Assembly: GCA_965660595.1 (NCBI GenBank)
Contig: CBFIAO010000001.1
Coordinates: forward strand, 22,019-86,018
Origin: Candidatus Puniceispirillales bacterium
GTDB lineage: Bacteria; Pseudomonadota; Alphaproteobacteria; Puniceispirillales; UBA1172
DNA length: 64,000 bases
Direction of reading: 5' to 3'
In this document: positions 54,018-63,712 of the stretch, piece after piece
Layout of the letters: every line of letters starts with the position of its first letter
Numbering within the stretch: the stretch's first letter is position 1
Notes under the pieces: model-generated
The model's input: the letters and a program-made list of their open reading frames with translations, nothing else
Told to the model about the DNA's origin: nothing
The model's database searches: none
Translations under genes and position numbers: made by a program

Positions 54018-54484
54018 AGCTTACTGCTAAATTCTTCAAGTACACCTTTATATACGTCTCTTTTAAATGGGACGGCAAGATTGGGCAGTTCCTCAGGTTC
54101 TGCCCATTTCCATGCGCGAAACTCAGGTTCTTCGGTGGCGATATTGATATCGTCGTCATGCCCATCAAACTGGAACAACATCCATTTTTGTGTTTGGCCT
54201 CGGTACTGACCATTCCAAAGACGGTTTGCTAGCGCTATTGGGATATCATAATCAAGCCATTGGCTATGTTCGGCAATAAAACGTGCTTTATTGGTGCCGA
54301 TTTCTTCCATCATCTCACGAAAGCCAGCGTCCAAAGCGGTCTCACCTTCATCAATTCCGCCTTGCGGCATTTGCCAGGCTTCAACAGAATTATCAATCCG
54401 TTGGCCAACAAGGATAAGCCCATCATTATTGCGTAGAACAATGCCAACACATGGCCGATATGGCCTGTCTTCATAAGTAATCAT
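54014..54484 (-). CDS. rppH: RNA pyrophosphohydrolase (Nudix)
   Basis: YRPCVGIVL, WQMPQGGIDEGETALDAGFREMMEEIG Nudix box, and QTQKW. Confidence 0.88.
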   Translation of the reverse strand: MITYEDRPYRPCVGIVLRNNDGLILVGQRIDNSVEAWQMPQGGIDEGETALDAGFREMMEEIGTNKARFIAEHSQWLDYDIPIALANRLWNGQYRGQTQKWMLFQFDGHDDDINIATEEPEFRAWKWAEPEELPNLAVPFKRDVYKGVLEEFSSKL

Positions 54485-54492
54485 CGGGCGTC

Positions 54493-55821
54493 CTAATTCT
54501 TAAGCGCGTTAAATACGCTATAACCTTCGATCAAATCGATGGCGCGTGCCAGTTGGAAATCAGTCACTGTTTTCTCGGTGGTGTCCGCTTCACTGTCCTC
54601 GTCATTATTATCAGCTTGTTGATCAAGGGCGCCGCGAAGGTTTTCTTCGCGTAGCGCATCACCAGTTTTATCTTCAAGGACCGCACGATCAACAATAATA
54701 TCAGGTTCGATCCCAGTAGACTGAATAGACACACCAGAAGGTGTATAATACCGTGCAGTCGTCAGCCGCACCGCACTTTGCCCACTCATCGGGATGATGC
54801 TCTGCACAGATCCTTTACCAAAAGAGCGTGTCCCCATAATAACGGCACGTTTATGGTCTTTAAGGGCACCAGCAACAATCTCTGACGCTGATGCAGAACC
54901 GGAATTAATAAGCACAACAATAGGCAGCCCATCAAGTAAGTCGCCTGATGTTGCGTAATGACGTGAATTATTAGAATCTTGGCGGCCTCGGGTTGAAACA
55001 ATCTCGCCCTCATTTAAGAAAGCGTCAGAAACGGTAATGGATTCGCGCAGCAAACCACCAGGGTTGTTACGCAGATCAAGGACAATGCCCTTAAAGCTTG
55101 GGCCAACATCTTCCTTGATGGTGGCAATTGCTTTTTCTAGACCTGGCGTTGTTTGATCAGAAAACCCAGTGATACGGATATAGCCAACATCGTCATAAAT
55201 CTCATGGCGCACGGCACGCATCTTGATGACGTCACGTGTGATGGTAACATCAAAGAAATTATCATTGCTGCGCAGGATAGTCAGATGGATATCTGTGCCC
55301 ACTGGCCCACGCATAATATTAACCGCTTCAGAAAGTGACATGCCTAAGACATCTTGGTCATCAATGGTCACCACTAAATCGCCAGCTTCAAGGCCGGCAC
55401 GTGCGGCTGGCGTGTCATCAATAGGGGATACAACTTTTACATAGCCATCTTCCATCGTGACTTCGATACCAAGGCCGCCAAACTCACCCTTAGTGCGTTC
55501 TTGCGTCTTTTTAAAAGCCTCGGCAGGAAGAAAGCTGGAATGTGGGTCAAGATTGCTAAGCATGCCATTAATGGCAGTTTCAATCAGTGTTTTGTCGTCA
55601 ACTTCTTCGACATATTCTTCTCGAATAAGCTCGAACGCGTCACCAAATAACGTCAATTGACGATATGTTTCATCATTTTTCGCAGTATTGCTGATAGAAG
55701 GTGATGTGTTGAAGCTAATGACACCGATACCAATGGCAACAGAAAAGCCAAAAACAGCAAAACCTCTGAACAGGTAAATACCAAGGCGTTGGGAAAGGGT
55801 TCGCGGTGGGATGGTCATCAT
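54493..55821 (-). CDS. ctpA: Carboxy-terminal processing protease (S41)
   Basis: N-terminal TM anchor, PDZ region GLGIEV...GYVKVVSPIDDTPAARAGLEAGD, DLRNNPGG, and GSASASEI with K in FGKGSVQ. Confidence 0.88.
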   Translation of the reverse strand: MMTIPPRTLSQRLGIYLFRGFAVFGFSVAIGIGVISFNTSPSISNTAKNDETYRQLTLFGDAFELIREEYVEEVDDKTLIETAINGMLSNLDPHSSFLPAEAFKKTQERTKGEFGGLGIEVTMEDGYVKVVSPIDDTPAARAGLEAGDLVVTIDDQDVLGMSLSEAVNIMRGPVGTDIHLTILRSNDNFFDVTITRDVIKMRAVRHEIYDDVGYIRITGFSDQTTPGLEKAIATIKEDVGPSFKGIVLDLRNNPGGLLRESITVSDAFLNEGEIVSTRGRQDSNNSRHYATSGDLLDGLPIVVLINSGSASASEIVAGALKDHKRAVIMGTRSFGKGSVQSIIPMSGQSAVRLTTARYYTPSGVSIQSTGIEPDIIVDRAVLEDKTGDALREENLRGALDQQADNNDEDSEADTTEKTVTDFQLARAIDLIEGYSVFNALKN

Positions 55822-55909
55822 AATGTCCTGAAGAAAACGATATACACTCTACTTATGATGCCCATGAAAAATGGCAAGATCAAGTCATCCGAAATATTAA
55901 GAAACATGA

Positions 55910-57430
55910 CTAGCGTGATACAAGTGATTTACCCGTCATTTCATCAGGCTTAGGCAGCCCCATCAGGTCGAGTAAGGTGGGCGCAAGATCGCTCAATCCA
56001 CCATTATGAAGATCTTGATGTAAAGATGAAATAAGGTATGCAGGCACCGGATTATAACTATGTGCGGTGTGCGGTGATTGGGCTGCCTCATCCCACATAA
56101 TTTCGCAATTACCATGATCAGCTGTGACGATCATCGCACCGCCAACTTTGCGAATAGCCGCGACAGCTTCCCCAACGGCAGTATCAACAGTTTCAACAGC
56201 GGCGATAGCGGCACTAAGATCACCAGTATGGCCAACCATGTCAGGGTTGGCGAAATTAACAATAATCAAATCATGTTCTTGTGTGGTGATAGATTGCAGC
56301 AATCTTTCCTTAATACCATCAGCACTCATTTCAGGTTGCAGATCATATGTTGCAACTTTCGGCGACGGTACCATGCTTCTATCTTCACCGGTTGCAATGG
56401 TTTCATCACCACCATTGAGGAAAAACGTAACATGTGGATATTTTTCGGTTTCAGCTAGCCGTAATTGTGACTTGCCGTGGGCCGCAACAACTTCTCCCAG
56501 TGTATTAGGGATAGAAGGTGGACCGAACAACGCAGGTAAATATTGGTTAAGTTCATCCGAATACTGGACTAACCCAAGGCCAGGGTTAAGTGCAGGACGT
56601 TGTGTAATATCAACGCCTGTATCATCAAAACAGTAAGCCGCAAGTATCTGGCGTGCGCGGTCAGCACGAAAATTGCCCATCAAAACAGCATCGCCATCAT
56701 TCATGCCACGATAATCACCAATAATGGTTGGCATAATAAATTCATCACTCTGCCCGTTGTCATAACCCTGCTGCACCGCTGTTGCGGCGTCCGGTGCGGT
56801 CATGTCAGCGCGGCCATGGGTCATTGCATCATAGGCAATACGTGTACGTTCCCACCTTGTGTCACGGTCCATGGCGTAATAACGGCCTGTTACGGTGGCA
56901 ATATATGCACCATCAGGCAGTGCTGCTTGGAAAGTGGGTAGGGTATCAATAGCAAGTTTTGGTAACGTGTCGCGGCCATCAGTAAAAGCATGCACCGCAA
57001 CATTAACCCCGCGTGATGTTAATGCCGCTGCAAGCCCCAGTATATGCGCATCACGGCTATGAACACCGCCCGGTGACACCAGTGCCATCAAATGTGCGGT
57101 ATGCCCGCCAGTGATCAATGGTGCGGCAAAATCATCAAGTGCTGATAATGCGGCCATAGACCCATCAGCAACGGCCGCATCAATACGTGCTAAATCTTGG
57201 CTGATAATACGTCCAGCCCCAATCGTCATGTGGCCAACTTCAGAATTACCCACCTGACCTTCGGGTAACCCCACAGCAGGACCAGAAGCCAGCAAGTAAG
57301 ATTTCGGCACCTCTTGGTCAAGTTGATCAATAACAGGGGTATGCGCCATTCGAACAGCATTATGCGCGTCATCTTCACGATGCCCCCATCCATCCATAAT
57401 CAGTAAAACAACAGGCTTAAGTTGTGTCAT
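55910..57430 (-). CDS. gpmI: 2,3-bisphosphoglycerate-independent phosphoglycerate mutase
   Basis: VLLIMDGWG, NSEVGHMTIGAGR, DGRD, NFANPDMVGHTG and TADHGN. Confidence 0.95.
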   Translation of the reverse strand: MTQLKPVVLLIMDGWGHREDDAHNAVRMAHTPVIDQLDQEVPKSYLLASGPAVGLPEGQVGNSEVGHMTIGAGRIISQDLARIDAAVADGSMAALSALDDFAAPLITGGHTAHLMALVSPGGVHSRDAHILGLAAALTSRGVNVAVHAFTDGRDTLPKLAIDTLPTFQAALPDGAYIATVTGRYYAMDRDTRWERTRIAYDAMTHGRADMTAPDAATAVQQGYDNGQSDEFIMPTIIGDYRGMNDGDAVLMGNFRADRARQILAAYCFDDTGVDITQRPALNPGLGLVQYSDELNQYLPALFGPPSIPNTLGEVVAAHGKSQLRLAETEKYPHVTFFLNGGDETIATGEDRSMVPSPKVATYDLQPEMSADGIKERLLQSITTQEHDLIIVNFANPDMVGHTGDLSAAIAAVETVDTAVGEAVAAIRKVGGAMIVTADHGNCEIMWDEAAQSPHTAHSYNPVPAYLISSLHQDLHNGGLSDLAPTLLDLMGLPKPDEMTGKSLVSR

Positions 57431-57458
57431 GGTGCTGTCCTTTAAACATGCAAAACAT

Positions 57459-57914
57459 TTAGGCGTGATGGTAAGGATGTCCTATTAAGATCATCTCTGC
57501 CCGAAATAGTTGTTCGGCCAGCATAGCCCGAAAAAGCATATGTGGCCAAGTTTGACGACCAAAAGCCATCTTGGTAGATGCAGCCGCCAAGACTTCTGAT
57601 GCATGCCCGTCAGCACCGCCGATAGCAAACACAGCATCACGAATACCTTGGTCACGTTGTGTTCGGATAAAAGCGGCCAATTCTTCAGAAGACGTGTCAC
57701 GGCCATAAGGGTCCATGGCAATGATAATGGCTTGATCAGGTGCCGCAGAAAGTAGGCGCATGCCTTCATCGGTTGTACGCTTTGGACCTGCAGGTAGCTT
57801 CGACGCACATTCGATCATCTTGCCTTTAAAGGGCAATTTGCCAAACCAGCCTTCGGCCAGCTTTTGTTCAGGTGCTTGGCGCCCATGGCCAATGGCGGCA
57901 ATGGAAAGTCGCAT
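57459..57914 (-). CDS. rlmH: 23S rRNA (pseudouridine1915-N3)-methyltransferase (SPOUT)
   Basis: FAIGGADG, LSL...T.PH...R.ML.EQL.RA, and GHPYHHA at the C-terminus. Confidence 0.88.
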   Translation of the reverse strand: MRLSIAAIGHGRQAPEQKLAEGWFGKLPFKGKMIECASKLPAGPKRTTDEGMRLLSAAPDQAIIIAMDPYGRDTSSEELAAFIRTQRDQGIRDAVFAIGGADGHASEVLAAASTKMAFGRQTWPHMLFRAMLAEQLFRAEMILIGHPYHHA

Positions 57915-57931
57915 GAAGAAATCCTTGATGA

Positions 57932-58291
57932 TTACGCCGAATGAATGGGCACAACCTCGGTGTCTTGTTGATCAACCCACATTTTTTCAAGCTGATAAAA
58001 GTCACGCACTTCAGGACGGAATAAATGAACAATCACGTCACCGGCATCAATCAAAATCCAATCACCTGAATGTGTTCCTTCAGACCCAAGAGCTTTCGTG
58101 CCACGATCTTTCAACACACGCTCCAAGTGGTCAGCCATCGACATAAGCTGGCGTGATGATGTGCCAGAGGCAATCACCATAAAGTCAGCAATAGAGGATT
58201 TTCCACTTAACGGAATAGAAATGATATCTTGTGCTTTATCATCATCAAGCGAAGAAAGGACAACCTTAAGCAGATTGTTGCTTTCTGTCAT
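57932..58291 (-). CDS. rsfS: Ribosome silencing factor RsfS
   Basis: LDDDKAQDIISIPLSGKSSIADFMVIASGTSSRQ, WILIDAGDVIVHLFRPEVRDFYQLEKMW. The start is taken at ATG 58291; the track start 58339 would add 16 aa and cannot be excluded. Confidence 0.85.
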   Translation of the reverse strand: MTESNNLLKVVLSSLDDDKAQDIISIPLSGKSSIADFMVIASGTSSRQLMSMADHLERVLKDRGTKALGSEGTHSGDWILIDAGDVIVHLFRPEVRDFYQLEKMWVDQQDTEVVPIHSA

Positions 58292-58426
58292 ATGTAAATC
58301 GGAAATAGTGAAGCTCCCACGTTTTACACGTCCGTACATTATTAAATTTTATGCAAGTAACGTTAGAATTACAAGGTATATATAAGTTGACCCTGATGTA
58401 ACAACTGAATTCTTCTGCCCAATCAA

Positions 58427-59074
58427 TTACCCAGTCAATTGTCCAGTCAATTTAGCTCTGATCTTAGTCGCAGATTGTGCGTTCATTTTGCCTTGAATAT
58501 ATGTCCAATGTTTTGGCGGGTAATGGCGTGCGTTCATCATCCTAGGTGAGATATGACGTCCTGCAATCTTGGCGCCCTTACTGCCGCGGACATGACGTGC
58601 CCCGGGGCGATTAACAACGGCAATCGCCATGTTACGGCTGATAATTTCTGGTCGCTGCCAATGATGAAAGCTGGCCATACTATCGCCGCCCATGACCCAA
58701 ACAAGCCGTGCCCCATGAATACGCTGTCTTAACAACGTGGTGGTTTGATAAGTAAGGCTACTGCGTAACCTTGCTTCAACTGATGTGACCTTCATCCGGC
58801 GCGCATAAATACAACCTGCCGCAATCGTAAGTGCTGAGGAATATCGATCAGCAAATGGTGCCATGCCATCAGTAGGCTTTAAGGGGTTTTGTGGGCTGAC
58901 CAGCCACCATAATTCATCAAGTTCAAGCGCACGTACCGCCATATCAGCGATATGCGCATGACCGTCATGTGCTGGATTAAAAGATCCGCCTAATATCCCA
59001 ATGGTCTTTTTACTGCGATGTGAAAACATTGCTGGGTTATACATCTTAGGGCTATCGTGCAGGCGCGTTGTCAC
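58427..59074 (-). CDS. nadD: Nicotinate-nucleotide adenylyltransferase
   Basis: IGILGGSFNPAHDGH (HxGH) and SATKIR at the C-terminus. The GTG start overlaps the proA stop (TAGTG); a later ATG start is possible. Confidence 0.85.
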   Translation of the reverse strand: MTTRLHDSPKMYNPAMFSHRSKKTIGILGGSFNPAHDGHAHIADMAVRALELDELWWLVSPQNPLKPTDGMAPFADRYSSALTIAAGCIYARRMKVTSVEARLRSSLTYQTTTLLRQRIHGARLVWVMGGDSMASFHHWQRPEIISRNMAIAVVNRPGARHVRGSKGAKIAGRHISPRMMNARHYPPKHWTYIQGKMNAQSATKIRAKLTGQLTG

Positions 59075-60345
59075 TATGGCCTCGTTTGGCCAGTGCCGCG
59101 GACCATATATTTAAAGGTGGTTAATTGCTGTGCTCCGACAGGACCACGTGCATGCATTCGGCCTGTTGATATGCCAATTTCTGCGCCCATGCCAAATTCG
59201 CCGCCATCTGCAAATTGGGTCGAGGCATTATGCATGACGATCGCCGAATCAACACCATTAAGGAAAGTTTGTGCAACGGCATCATTCTCAGTGATGATTG
59301 ATTCGGTATGGTCTGATGAAAAGCTTCTGATATGGGCCATGGCATGATGAACATCATCAACCAATTTAACCGCGATGATAGGTTCCAGATATTCGGTAAT
59401 CCAGTCTTCGTCAGTTGCCGCAATTACGCCAGCATGCTGCGCCATAACCTCAGGACATCCACGCACTTCACACCCGGCATCAATTAAACTGGTTAACACA
59501 TCTGGCAAGATGGTATCGGCAAGGTCGCGATGCACCAACAAAGTTTCAGCAGCACCACAAATTTCCACGCGGCGAAGTTTTGCATTTAAGGTAATGTTAC
59601 GGGCTTTATCAGCATCAGCATCTTTATCAAGATACAGATGGCAAAGACCTTCTAAATGCGCGAAGACAGGCACGCGGGCTTCATCTTGGACACGTGCCAC
59701 CAACGACTTGCCGCCACGTGGGATAATCACATCAATGCCGTTGATATCTTGCAACATAGCACCAACCAATTGACGGTCGGTATTGTCAACCAATTGCACG
59801 GTATCTTCAGGTAAACCTGCTTCGGCCAGACCTTGCTGCATTAATGTGGCAAGCAAACTTGATGTATGAATAGATGACGATCCCCCACGCAATACAACAG
59901 CATTGCCAGATTTAATCGCCAGTCCGGCCGCATCAACAGTCACATTTGGACGTGCTTCATAAATCACACCTAACACACCAAGTGGTGTAGCCACACGGCT
60001 GATCTCAAGCCCATTAGGACGTGTCCATGCATCAAGCACGCGCCCCATTGGGTCATCTAGCTTCGCGATATCTTCAAGCCCAGACGCCATAGCATTGATG
60101 CGATCTTGATTAAGCGTAAGCCGCGCAATGAATGAATCTTTCACATCACCTGTCTTGGCGGCATCAATATCTTTTTTGTTCGCGGCAATAATCTCATCAT
60201 GGTGGGTCTTGATAATCTTGGCGCTATCACGCAATGCATTGTTGCGGGCATCATGGCTTGATGTTGCCATCACCGCCGTTGTTGCTTTTGCGCGGGCGGT
60301 AATAGCAGACATGATATTTTTGGCTTCTGTTGCATCAAGGCTCAT
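59074..60345 (-). CDS. proA: Glutamate-5-semialdehyde dehydrogenase (gamma-glutamyl phosphate reductase)
   Basis: GVIYEARPNVTVDA, NAVVLRGG, and catalytic Cys in VEICGAAETLLVH. Confidence 0.95.
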   Translation of the reverse strand: MSLDATEAKNIMSAITARAKATTAVMATSSHDARNNALRDSAKIIKTHHDEIIAANKKDIDAAKTGDVKDSFIARLTLNQDRINAMASGLEDIAKLDDPMGRVLDAWTRPNGLEISRVATPLGVLGVIYEARPNVTVDAAGLAIKSGNAVVLRGGSSSIHTSSLLATLMQQGLAEAGLPEDTVQLVDNTDRQLVGAMLQDINGIDVIIPRGGKSLVARVQDEARVPVFAHLEGLCHLYLDKDADADKARNITLNAKLRRVEICGAAETLLVHRDLADTILPDVLTSLIDAGCEVRGCPEVMAQHAGVIAATDEDWITEYLEPIIAVKLVDDVHHAMAHIRSFSSDHTESIITENDAVAQTFLNGVDSAIVMHNASTQFADGGEFGMGAEIGISTGRMHARGPVGAQQLTTFKYMVRGTGQTRP

Positions 60346-60356
60346 CTTTTTATCCT

Positions 60357-61496
60357 TTAATCCATCATGACCAAATCATCAGCATGGATGACTTCATCAC
60401 GGCCACGATATCCAAGAATACCTTGAATATCATTGCTGTTACAGCCTGCAATGCGCAAGGCATCTTCGGCGTCATAATTCACAATGCCGCGACCTTTCTC
60501 TTGGCCATCTGTTGTCGCCACTGCCACCAGATCACCGCGACTAAATTTACCCTGCACATCAGCAACACCTGCGGCCAGCAGGCTTTTACCAGACTTAAGC
60601 GCGTTGATCGCGCCATCATCCAGCACTAATGTGCCCACGGGGTTAAGCCCTGCCGCAATCCACATCTTACGTGCTTGTGGCGGGTTATCCCTTGCGATGA
60701 ACCATGTTGACCTTGCGCCGTCACGCATTGCCGCAATAGGTGACATTGATGTCCCATTGCATATTGCCATATGGCATCCGGCTTGCGTGGCGATGCGCGC
60801 TGCTTCAATTTTGGTGATCATCCCGCCAGATGCAAAATCTTCATGCGCAGGTCCAGCCATTGCCCGCAAGGCATCATCAATCTGCTGGACTTCTTCAATA
60901 TGCTTGGCATTTTTATCATGGCGGGGGTCATTGGTATAAAGCCCATCAATATCAGACAACAGAATCAATGCATCGGCAGAAATCATCTGTGCTACCCGTG
61001 CTGCCAATCTGTCATTATCGCCATAACGAATTTCCATGGTGGCAACAGTATCATTTTCGTTCACCACAGGCACAATGCCTTCAGCCAATAATGTTTTTAG
61101 GGTTGCGCGGGCATTCAAATGTCGGTTGCGTTGTTCGGTATCATCTGGTGACAACAAAATTTGTGCACATGTCAGGTCAACTTGTTTTAAGGCATTTGTC
61201 CATTCATGGGCCAGTTGCACCTGCCCAATTGCGGCAGCAGCTTGCTTTTCTTCCAGCTTTAATCGTGCCCCGGTGCCATGTAATTGTTGCCGTCCAAGGG
61301 CGATCGCGCCTGATGATACAACAACAACGCCGCACCCTTTCGCCTGTAACGCCGCAATATCATGCGCAAGACCGTTCAACCAATCAGCATTAACGCATGA
61401 CTTTGCTTGGTCCACCAAAATGGCAGAGCCAACCTTAATAACCACGGTTGTGGCATTATTCAAAAAACGGTTTGTGCGCGCAGCGTATGTCATCAC
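60357..61496 (-). CDS. proB: Glutamate 5-kinase
   Basis: VVIKVGSAIL, VVVSSGAIA, ENDTVA...GDND, and a C-terminal PUA domain. Confidence 0.95.
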   Translation of the reverse strand: MMTYAARTNRFLNNATTVVIKVGSAILVDQAKSCVNADWLNGLAHDIAALQAKGCGVVVVSSGAIALGRQQLHGTGARLKLEEKQAAAAIGQVQLAHEWTNALKQVDLTCAQILLSPDDTEQRNRHLNARATLKTLLAEGIVPVVNENDTVATMEIRYGDNDRLAARVAQMISADALILLSDIDGLYTNDPRHDKNAKHIEEVQQIDDALRAMAGPAHEDFASGGMITKIEAARIATQAGCHMAICNGTSMSPIAAMRDGARSTWFIARDNPPQARKMWIAAGLNPVGTLVLDDGAINALKSGKSLLAAGVADVQGKFSRGDLVAVATTDGQEKGRGIVNYDAEDALRIAGCNSNDIQGILGYRGRDEVIHADDLVMMD

Positions 61497-61529
61497 ATGT
61501 CCTATATTCGCACCCTATATTTGCCTTGG

Positions 61530-62567
61530 TTAAGGCTGCCAGGGTTTGGTTTCTTGTTGCGCTTCCAATTCATCTGCACGGCTTTGCTCAATAATGGCAT
61601 AAAGATGCCGCAGCGTATCTGCCATATTAATGCCGGTAACAGCGGATAAAGTGATAATTTCTTTTGCACCAACTGCTGTTAACTCAGCTTTAATATCCTC
61701 GAGCCGATCTTGCTCCACCGCATCAATTTTACTAATAGCGGTGATTTCGCGTTTTTGCCCAAGCTTAGTATTATACGCATCCAGCTCGGCCCGCACAGTT
61801 TTCCAATCCTCGGCAGGGTTTTCGGCAGTGCCATCAACCAGATGCAGCAACACCTGACAGCGTTCCACATGCCCTAGGAAACGGTGCCCCAATCCAACGC
61901 CCTCATGGGCACCTTCAACTAGCCCGGGGATATCTGCCAAGACAAATTCATGATCATCGGTGCTCACCACCCCAAGGCCAGGATGCAGGGTGGTAAATGG
62001 ATAATTTGCGATCTTTGGCCGTGCGGCAGAACTTGAGGCAAGAAACGTCGACTTACCTGCATTAGGCAGCCCCACCAAACCAGCATCGGCAATCAATTTA
62101 AGCCGCAGCCATACCCACATGCCCATGCCGGGAAAGCCTTTTTCAGCACGGCGCGGCGCCTGATTCGTTGATGATTTAAATGAAGCATTACCGCGGCCAC
62201 CATCACCGCCACGTGCCAACACAATCTCTTGGCCTACTTCCGTAAGGTCAGCCAGAACAATATCACCATCTTCGCTCAAGATTTGTGTGCCAACAGGCAG
62301 TTTAAGCTCAATATCACTGCCGCTTAGGCCAGCACGGTTACGTCCTGCTCCGGGGCGCCCAGACTGTGCTTTGAAATGCTGCTGATAGCGGTAATCAATA
62401 AGGGTGTTCAAGCCATCAACACAACGTGCAGTGATAGACCCGCCTCGGCCACCGTCGCCACCATCAGGTCCACCACGCGGCACATGGGCTTCTCGGCGAA
62501 AACTTACGCTCCCCGGTCCACCATTACCGCTCTGGATAAACACTTTAGATTGATCTAGAAATTTCAT
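61530..62567 (-). CDS. obg: GTPase Obg/CgtA
   Basis: [43 protein letters not shown], and G1 GLPNAGKST. The track start 62624 would run through the rpmA terminator hairpin; ATG 62567 is preferred. Confidence 0.95.
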   Translation of the reverse strand: MKFLDQSKVFIQSGNGGPGSVSFRREAHVPRGGPDGGDGGRGGSITARCVDGLNTLIDYRYQQHFKAQSGRPGAGRNRAGLSGSDIELKLPVGTQILSEDGDIVLADLTEVGQEIVLARGGDGGRGNASFKSSTNQAPRRAEKGFPGMGMWVWLRLKLIADAGLVGLPNAGKSTFLASSSAARPKIANYPFTTLHPGLGVVSTDDHEFVLADIPGLVEGAHEGVGLGHRFLGHVERCQVLLHLVDGTAENPAEDWKTVRAELDAYNTKLGQKREITAISKIDAVEQDRLEDIKAELTAVGAKEIITLSAVTGINMADTLRHLYAIIEQSRADELEAQQETKPWQP

Positions 62568-62594
62568 CGATCTGGTTTCTTCCTGCTTGGCTTC

Positions 62595-62641
62595 AATAAA
62601 AAAGCGCAACCCCCTAAAGATCATACTTTAAGGGGATGCGC
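62595..62641 (-). terminator. Strong rho-independent terminator between rpmA and obg
   Basis: The minus strand reads GCGCATCCCCTTAAAG-tatgat-CTTTAGGGGGTTGCGC. This is a 16-position stem with one mismatch and one G-U pair, followed by TTTTTTATT. Confidence 0.8.
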
Positions 62642-62695
62642 CTGATGTGGCCACTAAAAGGCTCAATATGCTGAGGCGTTAGCCTAAGCCGGGCT

Positions 62696-62965
62696 CTATT
62701 CAGCGGCCTCGGCTGCCGGGACAACGTTAGCAAAGCTACGGCCGCCGGACTTTTTGGTGAAGTTCACGTTACCGTCAACAAGCGCAAACAGTGTGTGGTC
62801 TTTACCCATGCCAACATTCAGGCCTGGATGGAACTTGGTCCCACGCTGGCGCACAATAATGTTACCAGGGATAACAGCTTCACCACCAAATTTCTTAACG
62901 CCTAGACGGCGACCGGCGGAATCGCGACCGTTACGGGAACTACCACCTGCTTTTTTATGTGCCAT
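62696..62965 (-). CDS. rpmA: 50S ribosomal protein L27
   Basis: [28 protein letters not shown]. Confidence 0.97.
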   Translation of the reverse strand: MAHKKAGGSSRNGRDSAGRRLGVKKFGGEAVIPGNIIVRQRGTKFHPGLNVGMGKDHTLFALVDGNVNFTKKSGGRSFANVVPAAEAAE

Positions 62966-62988
62966 TTCGGTCTCCTATCTGAACGAAA

Positions 62989-63507
62989 TTACTTTTTAGC
63001 CGCTGCTTTTTTAGCGGCAGTTTTCTTTGCGGATGCTTTCTTCGCAGCCTTTTTAGGCGCTGCTTTCGCTTCAGCCTTAGCGGCAGTTTTCTTTGCGGAT
63101 GCTTTCGCTTCAGCCTTAGCGGCGGCCTTCTTAGGCGCTGCTTTCGCTTCAGCTTTTGGCTTAGCCGCAGCTTTAGCAGGAGCCTTCACCTTACCGTCTG
63201 CCGCAATATCATTAATCTGCAACAATGTTAGATCTTGGCGATGGCCACGAACACGGCGGAAGTTCTTGCGGCGCTTACGGCGGAAAACCATAATTTTAGG
63301 GCCACGTGTTTGACGCAGGACAGTCGCACCAACAGCGGCACCGGCAACAACAGGTGTACCTACGGTAACCTTTTCACCTTCTGCCATCATCAGCACTTGG
63401 TCCAGAACAACCGAATCACCGGCTTCTGCATCAATATGGTCAACAATAATCTTGTCGTCTTTGGCAACGCGATACTGCTTGCCACCTGTTTTCACCACTG
63501 CATACAT
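62989..63507 (-). CDS. rplU: 50S ribosomal protein L21 with ~70-aa basic Ala/Lys repeat extension
   Basis: [18 protein letters not shown]... core, then [65 protein letters not shown]. Confidence 0.95.
   Translation of the reverse strand: MYAVVKTGGKQYRVAKDDKIIVDHIDAEAGDSVVLDQVLMMAEGEKVTVGTPVVAGAAVGATVLRQTRGPKIMVFRRKRRKNFRRVRGHRQDLTLLQINDIAADGKVKAPAKAAAKPKAEAKAAPKKAAAKAEAKASAKKTAAKAEAKAAPKKAAKKASAKKTAAKKAAAKK
62992..63190 (-). repeat. Mosaic of perfect 22-30-nt direct repeats encoding the L21 AKA tail
   Basis: ttagcggcagttttctttgcggatgctttc occurs at 63011-63040 and 63077-63106. ttaggcgctgctttcgcttcagc occurs at 63053-63075 and 63131-63153. gctttcgcttcagccttagcgg occurs at 63062-63083 and 63101-63122. 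Confidence 0.9.
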
Positions 63508-63589
63508 GGCGTCTATCCTTTACAATCTACTCAATGCGCCCGAAATGTTAGTCCTGCGCAAGAATGCTGGAAATCCATAAAAGGTAAAG

Positions 63590-63609
63590 AGCGTCTGCAT
63601 TCAGACGCC
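63590..63609 (-). promoter_or_regulatory. 5'-proximal stem-loop plus U-rich tract in the rplU leader
   Basis: The minus strand reads GCGTCTG-aatg-CAGACGC followed by tctttaccttttatgg. It begins within ~10 nt of the predicted transcription start, ~85 nt upstream of the rplU ATG. Confidence 0.45.
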
Positions 63610-63622
63610 CAATCCAGTGCGG

Positions 63623-63650
63623 AATATAGCCAGCATGCTAATAATGTCAA
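63623..63650 (-). promoter_or_regulatory. sigma70-like promoter for rplU-rpmA (TTGACA - 16 nt - TATATT)
   Basis: The minus strand reads cTTGACAttattagcatgctggcTATATTcc, a near-consensus pair of hexamers. Confidence 0.55.
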
Positions 63651-63712
63651 GCCTTTCTGCCGTTTTCTTCATCCAGCAGTATTACGTTAAGGTTACCATA
63701 TTCATCCATAAG

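Noticed and set aside
60484-61533. Three long plus-strand ORFs (151, 187 and 165 aa) over proB
   Set aside because: proB on the minus strand has full-length motifs (kinase domain plus PUA). The antisense ORFs have no motifs and a Cys/His/Arg-rich composition typical of antisense frames.
62957-63313. 118-aa plus-strand ORF ([11 protein letters not shown]...) over the L21 tail
   Set aside because: It is the antisense reading of the AKA repeat, a repeat artefact.
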